A DNA stretch of 64,000 nt, from contig PDRJ01000026.1 in the NCBI GenBank assembly GCA_002748065.1, positions 5,770-69,769 of the forward strand, given 5' to 3'. This document shows positions 1 to 9,129 of this stretch, piece by piece (the stretch's first letter is position 1; each line of letters starts with the position of its first letter). This DNA comes from Bacteroidota bacterium. Its GTDB lineage: Bacteria > Bacteroidota > Bacteroidia > Bacteroidales > BM520. The notes below the pieces were generated by a model, which worked only from the letters and a program-made list of their open reading frames with translations, searched no databases and was not told where the DNA came from. The position numbers and the translations under genes are program-made.

Positions 1-1
1 G

Positions 2-3000
2 AATGAGTATGTACTACCCAATCCCATCACATTGACGGAAGATGTGCTCATTGCCGTGAAACCGGTCTCTTCCAGCGGCGGGCCCTACTCCTTATTCCAG
101 GTAACCGATATGGAAAAGACAAGAGGATACCATGGCGACCCCAACGAAGGTTGGAGCAAATTGTGGGGAAACTGGATAACAGAGATTTACCTATCCTACC
201 CAACTTCAAAACAGACGCCTGTTGCCTGGGGTATTCCGGGAGTAAAACTGGAAAACTTAGCCCAAAAGCCCCCCCACAAAACGGAAGGGGAACCGCTTCC
301 CGAAGAGGTTATCAAAGAGAGACCTCTCCACAAAAAAAACAACACTTCTACCAGAGACCTTTTGGGATATAACCTCTATCGTAATGGTTCACCCATTAAC
401 AATACCCCCATCACGAACACCTACTACCACGATACCATGCCCCATCAAGGGATCTATGACTATACGGTGAAAGCCGTTTATGAAGAGGGCGTCTCTGTGG
501 AGAGCGAAACACAATCCATCGCCTTGGATGATGTGGTGGTGATGTTCCCCATGAATGCCGGTCCGGAAGATGAGATCACCCTATGGTTTGACCCCTATTA
601 CGCCTGCGAGGTGGGACAGTGGAATAGCTTAGAGGGTTCTTCCGAAGTACGCATACACTCTACCATAAGCGTAAATGGAGTTGCATGGGATAATATGGTT
701 GCATGGAATGAGACAGGAAATGATGGAACGACAACCTACCTGACGCCCCAATCCCTGGGACAATACACCTTCACCTATACCCCCTCCACCTTCTATGATG
801 CAAACCCCGATGAAGGGCAATTAGAGCACCTTGAGATGACATTCAATGGGGGAAACAGCACCTCAAACCCGTGGGATAAAGAGGGAAAAGCGACCGACGA
901 CTCCGGAGAATGCATCAATATAACGATACCGCTGAATTACCGTACCGTGCTGTTTGAGGATGACTTCGAGGCCGGAATGGCTCACTGGATAACCACCGGC
1001 ACCTGGGATACCTCGAATGAAATGTTCTTTACCCCCACCCATTGCCTTTCAGACTCTCCGTGGTCACGCTATACCCCAAATACAGAAACCAGTACTACGC
1101 TGGCTTCCGGACTTGATTGCTCCGGCTATACCTCCCTTGTTCTGGAGTATAACCTCCTGCACAAGCTGGGTAGTGGAGATTATTTGTCGGTGGAGGCCTC
1201 CACGGATGACTTTTCCAGCTTCACAACCCTAAAACTCTATACAGACGAAAACGGAACGCCATGGCAACAGGAGAGCATCAGCCTCGAAGAGTTTGACAAC
1301 CTGCAAAACCTAAAAATTCGCTTCAGACTAACCACTGATGACGAAAACAACCACGATGGAGTGTTTATTGATGATGTGGTGATCAAAGGATACTCCTCTT
1401 CCCCCTCCAATGCCCTACCGATCCCCTATGTACAAGACTTTACAGAATTCCCAACCCCCTCCTGGGAGCAATTCAAGGGTCAGCTTACCACAAACTCCAT
1501 CCTAACACCTTACACAGGAACCAGCAACTACAATGGATGGCATGAGGATGGGTTTAGCTGCCATGCAACAGCCGATACCGGAGCCATAAGAGGAAACATG
1601 TGGACAACAAACCATTACTATTGGTACAACACCCCCTTTATTGACCTGGGAACCGACACAGAAGAGGTGATCCTTCGTTTCGATATTGCCGGCAGTAGAT
1701 GGAACAACTGTGATCCGGAAGTACTAGGGCCCGAAGACCATTTTGCCGTGGTGATCTCCACCAATGGCGTCACCTGGAGCAATGCCAACACGTTGATCGA
1801 ATGGAACGAAGGCGATACCTTCCCGGAATGGGGAGAAACCCATACCGTAAATCTCTCGGCATACAGCGGCCCCGTGAAATTCGGTTTCTACCATGGACAT
1901 AATGGCTCAAATACCGATATTGAGGTTTTTATCGACAACGTCTATGTGGGCATAGGGGAGGATGAACCCATGACCATCGCTGAAGCCCGGTTATTACCCA
2001 TAGGTTCAGAGGTTACCGTAACGGGAATCATAACCAATGGTGACGAATTTGCAAGTATCCGCCACTTCCAGGATACCACGGCAGGGCTTGCCGCCTATGG
2101 AAATGCCCAAAACGGTGTCATCGCCCGTGGAGATAAAGTGACTTACACCGGAACCCTCATCGATTATCATGGAATGCTGGAGCTAAACCCCATCCATCAA
2201 ATGACGGTAATCGCCTCGGGAGTTACACTACCCAACCCCATAAGTCTTGAACCTGCCGACTTGGGCGAAGAACACGAGTCCGAATATGCCATCATCGATA
2301 CCACATTCTTTGAGAACCCAATGGCTCTCTTCTCCCATGGAGGACATACCATCATTGGCCCGGGATCCGATACCACAAAAGCCTATCTCAAGCTAGGATC
2401 CAACCTCATTGGAACCACCATCCCGGCATGTCCCGTGGCTATCTCCGGAATTATTACCCAATACATACCTTCAAAGCAAGAGGAGGGATTCCAAATTCAA
2501 CCACGCGACCTCAATGACCTAACACCCCTTCCACTGCCACCCTCTTCGGTAGAGGCCACCTCCAACAGCAATACGGTGACACTGACATGGGAAGTTCCCC
2601 TTCCCGGCGTCACCATCCCCGGACAATCAGGTTATAACGTCTATAGAAACCAGGGAATCGGAGCCCCCTTCTCCGGTGCAACCCTCTTGACCCCGGTCAC
2701 CATTACCGATTTAACCTTTTTTGATCAGGATCTCCTATCCAATACAACCTACTGCTATTGGGTTGAATCCGTGTATGCCGATGGAACCACGAGCCTCTCA
2801 GAACCCGTCCCCATCGTTACGGAAACCTTCTACACCCTCTCTGGAACTGTTTCAGATAGCGAAACAGGAGAAGGCATCCCCGGGGTAAAAATGGTATTAT
2901 CTATCAACGGAACGCAAGACTCCGTATTTACCAATGCCAATGGGTATTACCAAGTCCTGGTATCCGAGGGCGTTTTCATAGATATAAGACCCGAACAAGA

Positions 3001-5146
3001 GTGCTATCATTTCGATCCATCGCACTATTTTAGCCCTTATGGCCTCACCGGTAACACCGTAGTTGATTTCATCGGAACGCAAGAAAATATCCATATAGGA
3101 GGATCTGTGAACGACATCACCGGTCCCACTATGAAATATGTAACCATCCACTTTGTAACAGCTGAGACATTGGATACCACTACCATAGAGAGTGGACTGG
3201 GAGGTGATTATTTCCAATCCAAGCCGTGCGGTTGGAGTGGTTGGATCATCCCGGAAAAAGAACACTTCTCCTTTGAACCCGACTCCATCGTTCTCAATGG
3301 AATCACAACCTCCCTATATGACCAGGATTTTATAGCAGAGTCTGATACAAGCCTTTGGGTAAGTGGAGTCGTTTCTGAAAACGGTGTCCCCGTTGAAGGG
3401 GTGACCATAAGTTTCTCAGAGGAAAGTGCGCTCGTAGATACCGTATATACGGATGCGTCCGGATATTACCAGCAATCCGTACCCTTTGATTGGTATGGAG
3501 ACATTACCCCCTCAAAAGATAACTACTTATTCAGTCCATCGCACATAAATTTCCCCTACAATAATGGCATACAAGAAGATAAGCCCAATCAGAATTTTGA
3601 AGCCAGTCATGAGGGCTTGCCTCCCGGGTGGGAATTTGTGAATACCGGAAGCAACCATACCCTGGCCATTCCGTCCACAGCACCGACCATCGATGGAGAA
3701 CCCTTGCCCTATGGCTCTTGGATTGGGGTATTCTATCTTGACAACGGGATCGAGAAGTGTGGAGGAGCCATCCAATGGCAGGGACCGGACTCTCCCATTA
3801 TTGCAGCCTATGGTGATGATGCCACCACCCCCGAAAAAGATGGCTTTACCGAAGGGGAAGCATTTACATGGAAATTTTACCTCTATGATGCTAAAGGAAC
3901 CGAACGCTACGCCACCGCAGTGTACAACAACGGCCCATCAGTCTATACCACCAACGGAATGACGGTAGTACCCTCTATCTATACCACAAGCACCATCACA
4001 CATACCGTAAACCTGAGCGATGGATGGAGCGGAATCTCCTCCTATGTGGTTCCGGAAAACGATACGGTGGAAGTGATCTTCCAACCGGTGGTGGAGAACT
4101 TAGTCATCCTAAAGAGTATATCATTAGCCTACTGGCCGGGTTATACCAATCAAATTATCAACTGGAACAGCTATGAGGGCTATAAGATAAAGATGGATCT
4201 CCCCGGAGAAGTTAGCTTCACCGGTACCGATACCGAGAAAGAACTGCCCCTGGAAGAGGGTTGGGGACTCCTACCGGTACTCACCAATCAGGCCGTAGAG
4301 GTTACAGGATTCTTTGCGCCAATTCTCAACAACCTGACGATTATCAAATCCATCGATGGAATGGGCGTCTACTGGCCCGCGGTGAATGTACAAACCCTGC
4401 AATACCTTAACCCGGGTGAATCCTATATGATTAAAATGGCAGCGGCTGCTACCGTAAACTTTGCTCCCCTTGCCGCCAAAGCAATCACAACGCCGGCAGC
4501 CAACCACGAAAACAACCACTGCCCCTACTGGAATAGGCCCGTGGAGACAGGGAATACCCATATCATAGCCATCCATAAATCAGCCATCGAAGCGTTCAAC
4601 CTCGGCGACTACATCGGAGCATTCGACGGAGAGGGACAATGTGTAGGTTCGGTGCAACTAAATACGCTCGCCACTACCGCAATTGCCGTATACGGCGATG
4701 ATCCTACCACCGTAGAGAAAGAGGGCCTATCCGATGGAGAAGCAATCGTGATCAAGCGCTTTAATATCCAACAAATGAGAGAGGAAGAGTATCTGGCAGA
4801 CTATGCCGCTGAACCATCACTTACCGACGGACACTATACCATAAACGGATTATCGCAAATCACCTTACTATCGCCGGCAAATACCGGCCTCGGCAAACTG
4901 AACCTGAAACATGCCTCCGTATATCCAAATCCCACAAAGGATAAGGTGACCGTTCACGTTCCGGGATCCGAACAGACTCCCGTCACCATAACACTTATGA
5001 CGCTGCAAGGACAAATTCTAAAAAAAGAGATCCCTTGTGCAGGAAGTGCACGTATCAACCTTCAGACCTACACTTCCGGTATCTATGTCATTCGCATAAC
5101 AGATAAGGCAAAGAATTATCGATACATACGAATCCATAAACACTAG
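2..5146 (+). CDS. Giant multidomain secreted surface protein, T9SS cargo; the N-terminus lies upstream of the window
   Basis: The frame is open from base 2, with no stop before the TTG at 32. The last ~80 aa (VYPNPTKDKVTVHV...GIYVIRITD) look like a type-A T9SS/Por C-terminal sorting domain. There is an FN3-like stretch (GYNVYRN...YCYWVESVY). There are carboxypeptidase-regulatory-like modules (LSGTVSDSETGEGIPGVKM; VSGVVSENGVPVEGVTI). There is an OB-like module (MTIAEARLLPIGSEVTVTGIITNG...GDKVTYTGTLIDYHGMLEL). Confidence 0.8.
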   Translation, partial: NEYVLPNPITLTEDVLIAVKPVSSSGGPYSLFQVTDMEKTRGYHGDPNEGWSKLWGNWITEIYLSYPTSKQTPVAWGIPGVKLENLAQKPPHKTEGEPLPEEVIKERPLHKKNNTSTRDLLGYNLYRNGSPINNTPITNTYYHDTMPHQGIYDYTVKAVYEEGVSVESETQSIALDDVVVMFPMNAGPEDEITLWFDPYYACEVGQWNSLEGSSEVRIHSTISVNGVAWDNMVAWNETGNDGTTTYLTPQSLGQYTFTYTPSTFYDANPDEGQLEHLEMTFNGGNSTSNPWDKEGKATDDSGECINITIPLNYRTVLFEDDFEAGMAHWITTGTWDTSNEMFFTPTHCLSDSPWSRYTPNTETSTTLASGLDCSGYTSLVLEYNLLHKLGSGDYLSVEASTDDFSSFTTLKLYTDENGTPWQQESISLEEFDNLQNLKIRFRLTTDDENNHDGVFIDDVVIKGYSSSPSNALPIPYVQDFTEFPTPSWEQFKGQLTTNSILTPYTGTSNYNGWHEDGFSCHATADTGAIRGNMWTTNHYYWYNTPFIDLGTDTEEVILRFDIAGSRWNNCDPEVLGPEDHFAVVISTNGVTWSNANTLIEWNEGDTFPEWGETHTVNLSAYSGPVKFGFYHGHNGSNTDIEVFIDNVYVGIGEDEPMTIAEARLLPIGSEVTVTGIITNGDEFASIRHFQDTTAGLAAYGNAQNGVIARGDKVTYTGTLIDYHGMLELNPIHQMTVIASGVTLPNPISLEPADLGEEHESEYAIIDTTFFENPMALFSHGGHTIIGPGSDTTKAYLKLGSNLIGTTIPACPVAISGIITQYIPSKQEEGFQIQPRDLNDLTPLPLPPSSVEATSNSNTVTLTWEVPLPGVTIPGQSGYNVYRNQGIGAPFSGATLLTPVTITDLTFFDQDLLSNTTYCYWVESVYADGTTSLSEPVPIVTETFYTLSGTVSDSETGEGIPGVKMVLSINGTQDSVFTNANGYYQVLVSEGVFIDIRPEQECYHFDPSHYFSPYGLTGNTVVDFIGTQENIHIGGSVNDITGPTMKYVTIHFVTAETLDTTTIESGLGGDYFQSKPCGWSGWIIPEKEHFSFEPDSIVLNGITTSLYDQDFIAESDTSLWVSGVVSENGVPVEGVTISFSEESALVDTVYTDASGYYQQSVPFDWYGDITPSKDNYLFSPSHINFPYNNGIQEDKPNQNFEASHEGLPPGWEFVNTGSNHTLAIPSTAPTIDGEPLPYGSWIGVFYLDNGIEKCGGAIQWQGPDSPIIAAYGDDATTPEKDGFTEGEAFTWKFYLYDAKGTERYATAVYNNGPSVYTTNGMTVVPSIYTTSTITHTVNLSDGWSGISSYVVPENDTVEVIFQPVVENLVILKSISLAYWPGYTNQIINWNSYEGYKIKMDLPGEVSFTGTDTEKELPLEEGWGLLPVLTNQAVEVTGFFAPILNNLTIIKSIDGMGVYWPAVNVQTLQYLNPGESYMIKMAAAATVNFAPLAAKAITTPAANHENNHCPYWNRPVETGNTHIIAIHKSAIEAFNLGDYIGAFDGEGQCVGSVQLNTLATTAIAVYGDDPTTVEKEGLSDGEAIVIKRFNIQQMREEEYLADYAAEPSLTDGHYTINGLSQITLLSPANTGLGKLNLKHASVYPNPTKDKVTVHVPGSEQTPVTITLMTLQGQILKKEIPCAGSARINLQTYTSGIYVIRITDKAKNYRYIRIHKH

Positions 5147-5175
5147 GGATTCTACAAGAATCTCCCCTTTCATAA

Positions 5176-5210
5176 AGAGAGCTCTCTTCTGAGAGCTCTC
5201 TTCCTGTTTT
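5176..5210 (+). terminator. Intrinsic terminator after the T9SS cargo gene
   Basis: An 11-bp perfect stem agagagctctc / gagagctctct with loop ttct, followed by a T-rich tail (tcctgtttt), lies 30 nt after the stop codon. Confidence 0.6.
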
Positions 5211-5304
5211 ATCCCACCAGCTCGATTAATCGCTATTTTTATGCTAACTTTGCTCTTGAAAAAGAGGACTCAACAGTCTAACTACCGGATCAAAAACATC
5301 AAGC

Positions 5305-6402
5305 ATGAAACATGCAGAAATCTTTGAAGTACTAGAAAAACTGGCTCCCACCACCTACCAGGAGAGCTACGATAATGCAGGATTAATCACCGGAAGCTAC
5401 CAAACAACCTGCAAGGGTGTCCTCATCACGCTGGATGTAACGGAAGAGGTGGTAGATGAAGCCCTCTCACTAGGAGCAAACCTGATCGTTGCACACCACC
5501 CTCTGATCTTCCACGGCCTGAAGCGGATCATTCCCGGAAATGCCGTTACAGACCCCCTCATAAAAGCCATCAAAAACGATATTGCCATCTACGCCATCCA
5601 TACCAATCTGGATAACGTGGCGCAAGGAGTCAATGCAAAACTTGGCCAGATTTTAGGATTAACAAACCTACAGATCCTTGCTCCGGGTCATGGTGAACTG
5701 AGCAAATTAGTCACTTTTGTTCCCCAAAGCCATGCCGAAAAGGTACGAAACGCACTGTTTGAAGCAGGGACCGGAGAGCTGGGGAATTATGACCGCTGCT
5801 CCTTCAACACCCTTGGCGAAGGCACTTTCCGTGCCAATGACAAAGCGACCCCCTTTGTGGGAGAGAAAGGAAACATCCACAGGGAGAAAGAGGTACGCAT
5901 CGAAACCCTCTTCCCCTCCTTCCTCACCCATAAAGTCACCCGGGCTCTGCACAAAGCACACCCCTACGAAGAGGTCGCCTTCGACATCATCTCCCTGAAA
6001 AACAGGAACCCGGAAGTAGGAGCCGGAATGATAGGAACCTTGAATCCTCCACAAGAAGCCAAAAAGTTTCTCCTCTCCGTAAAAGAAAAACTAAACCTCC
6101 CCTGCATAAAATACACCGGCAACAATCTGCAACGAAAGATTAAAAAAGTCGCTTTCTGTGGCGGTTCCGGAGCCTTCCTCATCGCCAAGGCCCGCAGTGC
6201 CAATGCCGATATCTTTATCACCGGAGATATTAAATACCACGACTATTTTGAGGCAGGACAACAACTTATCGTGGCTGATATTGGCCACTACGAGAGTGAA
6301 CAGTACACTAAAGAGCTTATATTTGAAGTTCTTAAAGAAAAATTTCCTACCTTTGCACTCTCTCTTTCTTCAACAGAGACCAATCCTGTTAAATACTTAT
6401 AG
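5305..6402 (+). CDS. Nif3-like dinuclear metal centre protein (GTP cyclohydrolase 1 type 2 homologue family)
   Basis: 365 aa. The N-terminus ...YDNAGLITG...GANLIVAHHPLIFHGLKRI and the C-terminus ...FITGDIKYHDYFEA...IADIGHYESEQ are typical of the NIF3/YbgI family with an inserted PII-like domain. It is followed by its usual zinc-ribbon partner gene. Confidence 0.85.
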   Translation: MKHAEIFEVLEKLAPTTYQESYDNAGLITGSYQTTCKGVLITLDVTEEVVDEALSLGANLIVAHHPLIFHGLKRIIPGNAVTDPLIKAIKNDIAIYAIHTNLDNVAQGVNAKLGQILGLTNLQILAPGHGELSKLVTFVPQSHAEKVRNALFEAGTGELGNYDRCSFNTLGEGTFRANDKATPFVGEKGNIHREKEVRIETLFPSFLTHKVTRALHKAHPYEEVAFDIISLKNRNPEVGAGMIGTLNPPQEAKKFLLSVKEKLNLPCIKYTGNNLQRKIKKVAFCGGSGAFLIAKARSANADIFITGDIKYHDYFEAGQQLIVADIGHYESEQYTKELIFEVLKEKFPTFALSLSSTETNPVKYL

Positions 6403-6428
6403 AACAGACATATAAAACCCATTCTGAT

Positions 6429-7274
6429 ATGGCAAAGAAAATAGAAAAGAAGGCACCGGAAAGTGTGAAAGCTAAGATTATTGCACTTGACAATGCACCT
6501 AAAAGTGCACCTAAGAGTGAAGCCGATATAACCATTGAGAAAAAACTCATTGCCCTCTATAGCCTTCAAGAAATTGATTCAGAAATTGACAAAATCAGAA
6601 TCATTCGTGGAGAACTCCCCCTGGAAGTACAAGATCTTGAAGACCAAATCGTTGGTTTAGAAACACGGATATCAAACTTCAAGGAAGAGACCAATGCCCT
6701 TGAAACACAAATTAACGATAAAAAAAATACCATCACAGAAGCACAGACACTCATCAAGAAATATGAAGAGCAACAGATGAATGTGCGGAACAACCGTGAA
6801 TATGACTCCCTCTCTAAAGAGATTGAATATCAAACCTTAGAGATTCAACTGGCTGAAAAACGTATCAAAGAATACACGGTGGCCATCAAACTCAAAGAGG
6901 AAGAGATCACAAAAGCGACAGGCGTGCTTGAAGAGTTAAAAAAAGACCTTGAAGCAAAAACCTCCGAACTGGATACCATCGTTGCAGAGACAGAAAAAGA
7001 TGAGAAACGATTGGAAGAACAGTCCCTGGAACAACAAGAGTATATTGAGGAGCGCTTACTCCATGCCTACAAAAGAATCCGCAAGAATGCACGTAATGGC
7101 TTGGCCGTAGTAAAAGTAGAGCGCGATGCCTGTGGAGGTTGTTTCAACAAAATCCCCCCTCAACGCCAACTGGATATTCGTATTCACAAGAAAATTATCG
7201 TATGCGAATACTGCGGGAGGATCCTCATAGATGATGAAATCTCAGAAAGTGTAGCCAACACCTTAAAAAAATAG
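6429..7274 (+). CDS. Coiled-coil / C4 zinc-ribbon protein (DUF164-type, the usual Nif3 neighbour)
   Basis: A long heptad-like E/K-rich region is followed by the C-terminal CGGC...(17 aa)...CEYCGRIL zinc ribbon. Confidence 0.8.
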   Translation: MAKKIEKKAPESVKAKIIALDNAPKSAPKSEADITIEKKLIALYSLQEIDSEIDKIRIIRGELPLEVQDLEDQIVGLETRISNFKEETNALETQINDKKNTITEAQTLIKKYEEQQMNVRNNREYDSLSKEIEYQTLEIQLAEKRIKEYTVAIKLKEEEITKATGVLEELKKDLEAKTSELDTIVAETEKDEKRLEEQSLEQQEYIEERLLHAYKRIRKNARNGLAVVKVERDACGGCFNKIPPQRQLDIRIHKKIIVCEYCGRILIDDEISESVANTLKK

Positions 7275-7298
7275 GCACCTCGTAAAGAGTGTATAACT

Positions 7299-7336
7299 AA
7301 AAAGCCGGAAAACAGAGCACTGTTTCCGGCTTTTTT
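7299..7336. terminator. Bidirectional intrinsic terminator between convergent genes
   Basis: aaaaagccggaaaaca-gagcac-tgtttccggctttttt: a GC-containing stem flanked by an A-run and a T-run, sitting between the stops at 7274 (+) and 7358 (-). Confidence 0.7.
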
Positions 7337-7357
7337 ATGAATAGGCCCCCAAGAACC

Positions 7358-8917
7358 TTAGAATCGAAAACCTAAGGTTAGGAGAGCCTGGTTGGAGATG
7401 TACTTGTTCTGTACAGGTTGTGTGTATTCACTGCTATACATATAGTATTCACGTTCAAAGAAATAGTGAGAAAAGGCTAGGTTTGCAAAGAAATCCTGAT
7501 CGCCAAAACCAAGACCAAAAGAGACCATCTGGCGTTTCCCGCCACTATTAACCTCCGACAGGTAGGGGCTTCCAAAATAGGCATAACCGGCACGCACCTT
7601 CACCAACGGCATCACCATCCACTCTGTACCCACTTTGACATTGTGCCCGACCCTATAGCTATTGGCAATGGTTTTATTCACGTTATAAAATCCATTGTCT
7701 TCACTACGAAACTTCGCTTTTGCGTAATCCACATACGCATATTCGCCGCTAATAAGCCCTACCTTACCGATAACCACGGCGACGCTCCCCATAAGCCTCA
7801 TGGGGGTCTGCAGGGCATAATCGTACGATCCCGAAGCAAGGGCCGTCGCATTTTCCACCTCATTTTGGTTGCGATCGTAAAAAGCAGCGAGCTCCGAAGA
7901 CCACTCGTCACTCATCCCATTGAAGAAGGTGGGCGTATGAATCGCACCTCCGAGACGAAGCCAATAGACCGGCTTATAGATTACCCCCAGCTTAAAGTTA
8001 AATCCCCCGCCGGAAGTGGTAAGCTCCTCTTTATACGATAACGCAGAGAAGTAGGGAATGCTGTCGTGAATGTCATCCTCCACAAAGGTAGCACTGGAGG
8101 AGTATCGCAGGTAAGGCAAACCCAGCGTGGCACCGACATAGAGCTTATCATAAAGGTTCAGCCCTGTGGAAAACACAACCTCATTCATGGAACCCGAGGT
8201 AACCACAAACTTCTGCTGAGCCACATACCCCTCATGCAAGCCCCCATAGGTAACATCATGCAGATACTGCCCACTCACCGAATCATAAAAGAGCAACCCG
8301 GTATTCACCGCCAATTCCGTATCAAAGGGATTCAAAGATCCCTCCGTATTGGCATAATCACCCCACATGGTTCGAATAGAACTCTCCCGGTTAAATCCTT
8401 CCGCTAACATGCGATTGTGGAAATTGTTGGTTCTGTTCACGCCAAAACCAAACTGAAAATTCCGCAATGCTTCATTTTTCCGACGCTTACCCACAACCAC
8501 AAAACCGGCACTTCCAATGTTAAAATTATACTTGTTGTCATGAGACTGGCTCCCTTGGTAAGAGGAAGTGACCTCTCCCACATACAAAGAGGGAGTAAAA
8601 CTAACCACAGAACGCTTATACACAGCTATGCCCGCTGGATTCGTTGACAGGGTTGAAAGATCGGCACCAAGGGCACCAAAAGCCCCGGCCATCGCCTGGC
8701 TCCGTGCGGTACTCACCCCATAGCTCAAAGTTGAATAACGAAGGGCATCCTCTGAAGTCTGTGCCTCTGCCCACCCCACCCATGTCATAAACAGAACCAT
8801 GGCTACCAGGGGTTTAAAATAAGAGAGTGAAACTGCGGCATAACGCCTCTCCATCCCGTGACGAAGAGAATGAAACAGATTCATACACTGTCGGCTACTA
8901 TTTTTATACATCATCAT
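7358..8917 (-). CDS. Outer-membrane beta-barrel protein, FadL/OMPP1-like or UPF0164-like
   Basis: Signal peptide ...LVAMVLFMTWVGWAEAQ. The motif SEDALRYS...ARSQAMAGAFGALGADLSTLSTNPAGIA is typical of FadL-like or PorV-like barrels. The C-terminus ends LTLGFRF (aromatic terminal residue). The true start is probably an internal Met (MNLF.. or MERR..). Confidence 0.55.
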   Translation of the reverse strand: MMMYKNSSRQCMNLFHSLRHGMERRYAAVSLSYFKPLVAMVLFMTWVGWAEAQTSEDALRYSTLSYGVSTARSQAMAGAFGALGADLSTLSTNPAGIAVYKRSVVSFTPSLYVGEVTSSYQGSQSHDNKYNFNIGSAGFVVVGKRRKNEALRNFQFGFGVNRTNNFHNRMLAEGFNRESSIRTMWGDYANTEGSLNPFDTELAVNTGLLFYDSVSGQYLHDVTYGGLHEGYVAQQKFVVTSGSMNEVVFSTGLNLYDKLYVGATLGLPYLRYSSSATFVEDDIHDSIPYFSALSYKEELTTSGGGFNFKLGVIYKPVYWLRLGGAIHTPTFFNGMSDEWSSELAAFYDRNQNEVENATALASGSYDYALQTPMRLMGSVAVVIGKVGLISGEYAYVDYAKAKFRSEDNGFYNVNKTIANSYRVGHNVKVGTEWMVMPLVKVRAGYAYFGSPYLSEVNSGGKRQMVSFGLGFGDQDFFANLAFSHYFFEREYYMYSSEYTQPVQNKYISNQALLTLGFRF

Positions 8918-9129
8918 GAATTTTTATCCTTTTAAAGAGGGAGAAGAAGAGATATCGCATACAACATCCATCCCTACCCATTAATCATTAAACCATTTAT
9001 CATTAAACGATACTCACATTGAAATTATAAGAACCTCCACGCCTTCTTCCATAAGTTGCCAAACCATCGGCCTCTCCTTTTTCGGAGAGCTCCTTATGGA
9101 ATGGCAAAAGGCCAGAGAACTCAGGAGAC

